A DNA stretch of 64,000 nt from an uncultured Christensenella sp. (GTDB lineage: Bacteria; Bacillota; Clostridia; Christensenellales; Pumilibacteraceae), in the NCBI GenBank assembly GCA_910577945.1, contig CAJTNI010000005.1:1-64000 (forward strand). The letters run 5' to 3'. The first letter of the stretch is position 1. Each line of letters begins with the position of its first letter. The notes beneath the pieces are model-generated. The model had not been told where the DNA came from. It saw only the letters and a program-made list of their open reading frames with translations, and did no database searches. Shown in pieces: positions 18,594-25,390 of this stretch. Position numbers and translations under genes: made by a program.

Positions 18594-19090
18594 ATGCGCA
18601 TTCTTTTTTCACCGACACTGGTTATTGGTTCGTTAATTGGTTTGTTTTCGTTAGTCGGCATTTATTTACAGTCGTATATGAACCATGTCGAATAGGATTT
18701 AAAGAACATATTGTTATATTTATTATTTGGACATTATGTTGCGTAGGATTAAGTATAGCCGGTGTCGTAACGGGAGCGCGAAAGGTATTTTGCATAATAA
18801 CGATAGATGAGACGGGAATATCTCGGTCGTTTTTAGGTGTGTTTTGCAAGCTGCACATGTCATGGGACAATATAGCGGAGATTTGTTACTTTACAGCGCT
18901 AGCTGAATTTTTGGTATTTTCGAAAAATAAAAAAGTGTCAACAATGACGTATAATAAAATGAGAATGGAGAAAGATGCTATTGAGATGACGATAAGCAGG
19001 CGTAGATACAGAGTAATTAAGCAATATTTACAGCAGCCGATAGTGGGCATGCCCGAAAAAGTCAAAGAACGTTTGGAGCGCGAAAAGTAA
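18594..19090 (+). pseudogene. Frameshifted paralog of the RHS immunity gene
   Basis: Frame 1 gives MRILFSPTLVIGSLIGLFSLVGIYLQSY..*, which aligns with MKKELKVVPSMFWLIGSIVLIISLYSIFIFSY. A second frame continues ...GISRSFLGVFCKLHMSWDNIAEICYF..., which aligns with ...GVRRTLFMGRFKLEMSWEEMAEMRYY... The single frame break is near 18685. Confidence 0.55.
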
Positions 19091-19160
19091 AATAAATGAA
19101 AAATCAAACGACAGTGAAATAATAATTACCAAAAGTTGTTAATCGGCACTTAACCGAGAT

Positions 19161-19192
19161 AGCCCGTATCAATAACGATTCGGGCTTTTTCG
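19161..19192 (+). terminator. Rho-independent terminator
   Basis: agcccg-tatcaataacgatt-cgggct followed by ttttc. Confidence 0.55.
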
Positions 19193-19305
19193 TGCGAAAA
19201 AAGTCGTTCTAAGCGCTTATATAAAAAATTTCTAAAAATATATACTCATTGTAAGTCAATATCCAACAAAAGCGACCGATAGTTCTATATACTTACCGTA
19301 GGCAT

Positions 19306-19755
19306 ATGGAAAATGACGTAGTTAATGGATTTAAAACAACGCTCGCTGAGTTGATGTCGGAAAACGGTCATAGCGCGACCAGCTTGGGGCGCGCTATCGA
19401 CGTGAATATGTTTGTCGTGCGCAAATGGTTGATGCGTGCAAAAGACGTCAAACTGAAATCGCTTATAAAAATAGTAAATTATTTCGGTTGCTCGTTGGAA
19501 TATTTATGCGGTAAGACGGATGAAATTATTACGTACAAGCCGCAGCCGTTGCCGCCTTTTCGCGATTGGCTGAAAACGGTTTTACATAATTGCAATAAAT
19601 CGTCTTACAAGCTGATAAACGACACCAAGATTTCTTCGTCGCAGTACAACAGCTGGTTACACGGCGGAATGCCGATGCTGACTACGCTCGAAACAGTGGC
19701 GGAGTATTTGGACGTCACTCTCGATTATTTGGTGGGGCGTCATGCCGATAAATAG
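19306..19755 (+). CDS. XRE-family transcriptional regulator with two tandem HTH domains
   Basis: Two Cro/C1-type HTH repeats: LAELMSENGHSATSLGRAIDV... and LKTVLHNCNKSSYKLINDTKIS...LDYLVGR. GC about 45%. Confidence 0.65.
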   Translation: MENDVVNGFKTTLAELMSENGHSATSLGRAIDVNMFVVRKWLMRAKDVKLKSLIKIVNYFGCSLEYLCGKTDEIITYKPQPLPPFRDWLKTVLHNCNKSSYKLINDTKISSSQYNSWLHGGMPMLTTLETVAEYLDVTLDYLVGRHADK

Positions 19756-19786
19756 ATAATCGCACACATAATTAAATATTTCTTTT

Positions 19787-20116
19787 GTGTATACGGAGGG
19801 GGAAATGACGGGACAAAAGCAAAACGCATTCGTACACGAGCTTGTGTTGATATTGTATCATTCTAAATTCAGGGATAAATATTTAAGCGCCGAAACGGTT
19901 GCCGGCATTGATAAGTTTATGGATATGTGTCGGGCTAAGGATATGCTGGATAATTCGCAAACCGCATTTGTCGTGGAGCATTATTACGATATACGCAACG
20001 GTTTGACGATAGGCGAACGCCGCGCGCATGTGGGGTTGAGCGACGCCGCGTTGTATCGGTTTAGACTCAAAATAGCAAGCAGTTTAATGAATTGCTTAAA
20101 TACGATAAATACATGA
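19787..20116 (+). CDS. Hypothetical small protein, possible sigma-70 region-4-like HTH (ArpU/Tn916 Orf7-like)
   Basis: The C-terminal segment NGLTIGERRAHVGLSDAALYRFRLKIASS resembles region 4 HTHs. The start may be the ATG at 19805. Confidence 0.35.
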   Translation: MYTEGEMTGQKQNAFVHELVLILYHSKFRDKYLSAETVAGIDKFMDMCRAKDMLDNSQTAFVVEHYYDIRNGLTIGERRAHVGLSDAALYRFRLKIASSLMNCLNTINT

Positions 20117-20188
20117 TTCCGTCGTTATTTAACGTAATAAAAAAATCGGCATTTTCGCCGATTTTCAGGGGTGCGTGAGCGTTGCGCA

Positions 20189-20428
20189 TCACAGCAAAAT
20201 TTTGGGGTCGTACTCGGGTTTTTTGAATACGACGGAGTCGGGCTTGTCGGCGATTTCCTTTCGGAATACGTCCTGCCATTCCTCGGCGGTGTAGTCCTCG
20301 ATGGTGCACGTAATCCAATGCTCGTCCGCGCCGAGGTCTCGGGACAGCACTTCCACAAGGTCGCGCGCGAGTTTTTCCTTTTGCGCTTGCGTTCTGCCTT
20401 CCAGCATTTTAATCGAGATATTGGGCAT
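20189..20428 (-). CDS. 4-oxalocrotonate tautomerase family enzyme
   Basis: MPNISIKMLEGRTQAQKEKLARDLVEVLSRDLGA with N-terminal Pro1. RBS aagagga is present. Confidence 0.7.
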   Translation of the reverse strand: MPNISIKMLEGRTQAQKEKLARDLVEVLSRDLGADEHWITCTIEDYTAEEWQDVFRKEIADKPDSVVFKKPEYDPKILL

Positions 20429-21122
20429 TTTCGGTTTCCTCTTGATTTTTAATTTCTTGTTTCGTTTCCCGTTGCGCACGGGCGTCCGACGCTTTTTTAA
20501 GCGGAGGAAGCAGCTTTAAACGCAACAGCAGCGGAATCATTGCCACGGTAACGGCTATATTGATTGCGGCTACGCCTAGCTGCATTGCGCGCGACGGTCC
20601 GAGGTATACCCAAAACGATTTGTTGATGTACGATTTTAGTTTGAGGTAGTATCTGCACCATACCCATATTGCAAACGAGTCGAACAGTAGCGTATACAGC
20701 ACAGAGCATACCACGCCCGCAAACACGAATTTTACGATGTAGCTTTTGACTGGTAGCTTAAAGCAAAACGCCGCCGTCACGCCGAAGAGCACGCAACCGA
20801 GGGTAAGCAGCGGGTTTATTGGTCCACGTGGAATTATCACCGCGCCGAGTACGTCCGATACAAAGCATACCGTGCCGCCCCCGATAGGACCGACGACTGC
20901 GGCGGCAATCAGCCATATCACGTAAATCAACGTGATTTTAAACGAGTCGGTCAAGGTAAGACACTGTCCGATTAACTTCATCACGATTGATAGTGCGGCA
21001 AACAAGGCGGTGTATGCGAGCCACTTTGTAGTGCCGAAGGTGAGCTGTTGCGAGCGGACTTTACGCGATGAAGTATTCAGCTTGTCCGGAGTCGCAATTT
21101 CCTGTTGAGCGTTTTTACTCAA
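20409..21122 (-). CDS. ECF-transporter S-component-like membrane protein
   Basis: 5-6 TM helices. TTKWLAYTALFAALSIVMK is typical of ECF S components. The start is uncertain: TTG at 21122 with RBS aaaggagaag, or GTG at 21185. Confidence 0.45.
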   Translation of the reverse strand: MSKNAQQEIATPDKLNTSSRKVRSQQLTFGTTKWLAYTALFAALSIVMKLIGQCLTLTDSFKITLIYVIWLIAAAVVGPIGGGTVCFVSDVLGAVIIPRGPINPLLTLGCVLFGVTAAFCFKLPVKSYIVKFVFAGVVCSVLYTLLFDSFAIWVWCRYYLKLKSYINKSFWVYLGPSRAMQLGVAAINIAVTVAMIPLLLRLKLLPPLKKASDARAQRETKQEIKNQEETENAQYLD

Positions 21123-21243
21123 TGTCGGGCTTCTCCTTTGCGACCCGAAGGCCGCGTGTATTTTGTTGTAAGCCAAGTATATCACACGCGGCGGCGCAAA
21201 GTAAAGCGAATGAAAGGGGAGTGACGGTGAAATTTAGCGCACG

Positions 21244-22788
21244 CTACGACGCGCGGTTTATTTTTACGTTTTTGTCTGTTCTCGCGCGTTTTCGCGAAAG
21301 GAACGCGAACCTTTTCGCAGATTTCTTTTCGGACGCGGCGGCTTCGGTATTGCCGATTTTAATAGCGCCGAAGATTACGGCGTTGAGCGTCATGAACGCG
21401 CAGCCGCCCGCCGCGGACACGAACATGGACAGCAGCGCGTACGGAATGAGCGAGGACAAATATTCGCACAGCATGTATGCGGGGAAAAAGCCGGAAAGGC
21501 AGATTACGGCGGGCTTGACGAAGGTCAGCTTGAAGCCCGTGCGGCGCTTGATATCTATTACGTCGAGCACGGACGACACAATCAGGCTGATGCCGAACGC
21601 AATCATAAAAACGTCTATCGTAAAGCGCGAATAAAACGCAAACGAAATCACGTACATTACGCCCGCGCCGATTAGATAGTTTATAAGCGATTTCTTTTCG
21701 AGGTCGAGCGAGTTGAGCATGGACGACGCAATGTTTTCGAACGACAGCGGTATCAACAGCCACGCCGATTTTTTGAGGAATATGCCCGCGTCTGTGTTGT
21801 TGTATATAAACGTGCCTAGGTCGTCGCCGAGCGAGGCGTACACGGGCAGTACGATAGCCGCAATTACGAGCGAGAACGTGAGCGCGTTTTCTATCTGCTT
21901 CTGCATGCTCGCTTTGTCGTTTTCGGCGTACGCCTGCGACAGCGTCGGTATCATGACGAACGCGAGCGAGCCGACGACGGTTATAGGCAGGTACAAAAGC
22001 GGCAGCGACATTCCGACGCACGAGCCGTATATGTACATGGATTGGTCGGTGTTTAGCCCGCTCGACATAAGCAAAAACGGTACTGCGATTGCGATTACGT
22101 AGTTGTTTACGCTCGACGTGGTGCGCGACAGCGTAATGGGCACGGACGAGGATATGAGCGGCTTGAATTGCGTTTTGGGGCTTTTGAGCTTGCGCCCGCC
22201 CGCGAAGTAGAAAATCGCGCACGCGATTGCGGAAATCAGGCACGCGCCCGTCATGGACGTGGCGACCGCTTTGGTCTTGTCGGTGAACAGCGAAAACAGC
22301 ACGACGCATACCGCAATGCGCGCGACTTGCTCGATTAGCTCGACCACGCTCACGGTCGCGAATTTCTTTTCGCCCCACAGCACGCCGCGGAACGCCGAGT
22401 ACACGCCCGAGAACAGCAGCGCGGGCAGCATGAGCAATACCAGCGTCATGGAAAACCCGTCGGCAAACAGCGCGCCGATAGGCTTGTTGAACAGCAGCAC
22501 GACCGCGCAAACGACAATCGCGACTATCGTTTCGAAAATGAGCGCGGCGGAGCACAGCCTCGCGCTGTCGGTGCGGCTTGTCTTTGCCGTCAGCTTGGAC
22601 ACGACGAGCGGCACGCCCGAGGTGAGGAGCGTGAGCAGCACGAAAAAGAACGACAGCGCGACGGAGTACACGCCCATGCCGACCGCGCCTATCTCGCGCG
22701 ACAGATATATCTTGAACAAAAAGCCGAGCACTCGCTCGGCGACCGTAAACGCGGTGAGCGTTATTACGGCACGCGCCATTGATTTCAT
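21244..22788 (-). CDS. MOP-superfamily polysaccharide/lipid II flippase (SpoVB/MurJ-like)
   Basis: 514 aa with ~14 TM helices. The N-terminus ERVLGFLFKIYLSREIGAVGMGVYSVALSFF is typical of polysaccharide biosynthesis proteins. Confidence 0.7.
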   Translation of the reverse strand: MKSMARAVITLTAFTVAERVLGFLFKIYLSREIGAVGMGVYSVALSFFFVLLTLLTSGVPLVVSKLTAKTSRTDSARLCSAALIFETIVAIVVCAVVLLFNKPIGALFADGFSMTLVLLMLPALLFSGVYSAFRGVLWGEKKFATVSVVELIEQVARIAVCVVLFSLFTDKTKAVATSMTGACLISAIACAIFYFAGGRKLKSPKTQFKPLISSSVPITLSRTTSSVNNYVIAIAVPFLLMSSGLNTDQSMYIYGSCVGMSLPLLYLPITVVGSLAFVMIPTLSQAYAENDKASMQKQIENALTFSLVIAAIVLPVYASLGDDLGTFIYNNTDAGIFLKKSAWLLIPLSFENIASSMLNSLDLEKKSLINYLIGAGVMYVISFAFYSRFTIDVFMIAFGISLIVSSVLDVIDIKRRTGFKLTFVKPAVICLSGFFPAYMLCEYLSSLIPYALLSMFVSAAGGCAFMTLNAVIFGAIKIGNTEAAASEKKSAKRFAFLSRKRARTDKNVKINRAS

Positions 22789-22904
22789 GGCACTATATTA
22801 TGTCGAAAGCGGTCATAAAATGATAGCCGTGCGTACGTGCCGTCGCACAATGTGTGCGTAACATTACAATTTGATTATAAATAAGCTAAAATACGCCGCA
22901 ATTC

Positions 22905-22933
22905 TTGCTATTCCGCATAAACGGTGATAAAAT
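22905..22933 (+). promoter_or_regulatory. Candidate leaderless promoter, GTG start
   Basis: TTGCTA-17-TAAAAT-6-GTG(22940). Confidence 0.4.
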
Positions 22934-22939
22934 ATATAC

Positions 22940-25390
22940 GTGGAGATATTGCGCAAAAATTCGATATATTCCGCTTGCAAGCGCATATGCGCTGCAATCA
23001 TCGCGGCAGCGCTCGCCGCGACGCTTTTTGCGTGCGCCGCGCCGATAAGTATTTCGTTCTACGCGAGCGAGCTCGTCATGTACGTGGGCGAAACGCGCGA
23101 TATAGCGTACTACGCGCAGCTCACGCCGTCGTACGGCGCAGTCGTCGAATTGGAAGTAGACGGCGAGTGCGTCGAGGCGGACGGAACGCGCGTGACCGCC
23201 GTCGCCGCGGGCGAGGCTGTCGTTACTGCGCGCACCGCTACCGACAGCGCTACAATCAAAATCAAAGCGGAATACCGCGCCGCCAACGGCGTATATTTAA
23301 CAACGGACGGAAAAACTGTGCAAAACGTAAAGGCGGGCGACACGCCAGAGCCCGTGGCGTTTTCCGCCGCTACGGACGACTACGCCGACCCCGACGCGCA
23401 ATACGTTTGGACGGTCAACGGCAGTAAGGTCGGCGAGGGGCGCGGCTTCGAGCTTGCGCCCGAAGCGTACGGCGAGTACGCCGTTACGGTAAGCTGCAAC
23501 GGCGTTGCGCGGACGGAGACAGTGCGAATTTACAGAGAGACGGACGCACGCGCGTATTACGACGGCGCGCTCAATCAGGACGGCGATTATTCCGCGGTGC
23601 GGTTTTTCGCGGTCGAGAGCGCGGACTCGCGCAATCCGCGTTCGGTGTTCGAATGGACGGTAAACGGCGAAGTCGCGAGCCGTTCGCAGATATTCGACTT
23701 TACGCCGACGGCGGCGGGCGAATACGAAATCGCGGTTGCGGTCAACGGTGCGGCGCGGCGGTTCGAGGGCGGCGACAGCGTGCTTGTAACAGCTACGGGA
23801 GTGCGCGCGCCCGACGTGTTCGAGGTGGCGTTCGACGACTGCGACGGCGTGTTTGTGCGCTGGCGCGACGGCATGACGGCGCGCGGCGTTTCCGTAACCG
23901 ACCCGAGCGGCGTTAGGCGCGTGTATGAGCTGACTGACGCGCGCTATGCAGAGCGGTTTGCGGGCGGCGAGTTCGACGCGACGGGGCTTATCGAGGTTTG
24001 TGCGGACAATGCGGGCGTATACAAGCTTCGCATAACGGCGGACGGGCGCGGCGACGAATGCGAATTTATGCAGTACGACAGAACCGCAGAGCCGTATTTG
24101 ACCGAAAACGTATTGTGCCGAAATTCCTTTATATCCGACGCTGCACAAGCCGATGAATGGGTGCGCGAGCTGTACGCTTGCGGCATAACGCGCGCGGAGT
24201 GCTACGTCGCGCGCGGCGTCGAAAATATCGAGTCGGCGATTATCGCGGCGGCGCAAGCGCTGGGATTGACGGCGGAGACGCAGGCGAACGGGGCGGTCGT
24301 ATCGGTAGCGTTCGGCGATTATGCAAACGCGCCCGCGGTCGCTACGCCCGCGCCTGCGATAACTCAAATATATTCGGTGCTGCCGCACATAGAATACGAC
24401 ACGGCGCAAAGACGCAACGCGGCGTACGTTTTGCCGATTGACAGAATAAAAAAATCGGTGCGTGTGGATAATTCCGAGCAGCTGTTGTGCGTCGCGCTCG
24501 GCGGTCGTCGTCCCGCGCCCGAGAGCGGCAGCGCCGCAGGTCGGATATACGGCGTCGCGCGGCGCGTGCTGCTGAGCATTATCGGCGCGGACTACGCGCC
24601 GTCGCAAAAGGCGCATGCGATTTACGATTGGCTGCAATGGAGTACGAAAAAGGCGAACGCAGCGGCGGCGGACGGCAGCGCGAGGTATTTGGAGGGGTTG
24701 TTCGGCGACGGCAAGCCCGAGGACGGCGACGGCATTGCGCCGACGGGCGCGCTCGATTCGCTCGGCATGAGCAAGGCGTTTGCGCTTTTGTGTCGCATGG
24801 AAGGCATAGAATGCGATATCGAACGCGACGCCGACGGGTATTACAATACCGTCGCGCTTGACGGAATAACGTATATAGCGAACGTCTACGGCGGCGAAAG
24901 CTCGGGCGTCGTATCGACGCGGCGCGTCGAGCTGACCTCGCACGCGGGGATTATGCTGCCCTACGACGGCGCGATTTTCGACGACGGCGAGCTGTATTAT
25001 TTGCAAAAGGGCTTTTACGACGGCGAGTATTACGATTACTATATCGACGCCGCGGAGCGCGACGATTACGAGACGTGCAGGGCGGCGGTGTTTGCCGCGT
25101 TTTCGGAGCGGGCGCGCGGGGGCGTGACCGTGCCGAGCGTAGACGGCATCACCACGTTCGAGCACGGCACGCTCGGCGCGGAGTTTATGCTCGGCGGCGT
25201 CGTCACCGACGCGACGGTAAGCGGCGTTTCCGCTATGCTGCGGCGCGCGGCGGTCGAATATTACGAGGTATTTATTAACAAAAACGTGCCCGACGCGGTA
25301 GTCGACGGTATACGCGTGTACCGCGAAGGGAACGTTATGCATATAACCGTAACTGTTCCCGCAGGCTCGGGAAAAATCGAGGGCGTATGA
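22940..25390 (+). CDS. Lipoprotein with BIG2 Ig-like domains and a degenerate (triad-less) transglutaminase-like domain
   Basis: Lipobox LFAC. BIG2-like repeats. KAHAIYDW...GMSKAFALLCRMEGIECD aligns to the downstream paralog but has no Cys, His or Asp at the triad positions. Confidence 0.65.
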   Translation: MEILRKNSIYSACKRICAAIIAAALAATLFACAAPISISFYASELVMYVGETRDIAYYAQLTPSYGAVVELEVDGECVEADGTRVTAVAAGEAVVTARTATDSATIKIKAEYRAANGVYLTTDGKTVQNVKAGDTPEPVAFSAATDDYADPDAQYVWTVNGSKVGEGRGFELAPEAYGEYAVTVSCNGVARTETVRIYRETDARAYYDGALNQDGDYSAVRFFAVESADSRNPRSVFEWTVNGEVASRSQIFDFTPTAAGEYEIAVAVNGAARRFEGGDSVLVTATGVRAPDVFEVAFDDCDGVFVRWRDGMTARGVSVTDPSGVRRVYELTDARYAERFAGGEFDATGLIEVCADNAGVYKLRITADGRGDECEFMQYDRTAEPYLTENVLCRNSFISDAAQADEWVRELYACGITRAECYVARGVENIESAIIAAAQALGLTAETQANGAVVSVAFGDYANAPAVATPAPAITQIYSVLPHIEYDTAQRRNAAYVLPIDRIKKSVRVDNSEQLLCVALGGRRPAPESGSAAGRIYGVARRVLLSIIGADYAPSQKAHAIYDWLQWSTKKANAAAADGSARYLEGLFGDGKPEDGDGIAPTGALDSLGMSKAFALLCRMEGIECDIERDADGYYNTVALDGITYIANVYGGESSGVVSTRRVELTSHAGIMLPYDGAIFDDGELYYLQKGFYDGEYYDYYIDAAERDDYETCRAAVFAAFSERARGGVTVPSVDGITTFEHGTLGAEFMLGGVVTDATVSGVSAMLRRAAVEYYEVFINKNVPDAVVDGIRVYREGNVMHITVTVPAGSGKIEGV

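Noticed and set aside
15390-19300. Prophage or integrative element carrying the defense genes
   Set aside because: There is no integrase/recombinase, tRNA or phage structural gene in or around the island. Recombination via immunity-gene repeats is the more plausible origin.
21359-22555. 398-aa ORF on the minus strand, out of frame, inside the flippase gene
   Set aside because: It is extremely Arg/Ala-rich, which is typical of alternative-frame reading of GC-rich coding DNA. It has no RBS, and the in-frame 514-aa membrane protein explains the region.
23297-25342. 681-aa antisense ORF opposite the BIG2/transglutaminase lipoprotein gene
   Set aside because: It is an Arg-rich low-complexity product with no motif. 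It is the shadow ORF of a high-GC gene that has clear domain evidence on the plus strand.
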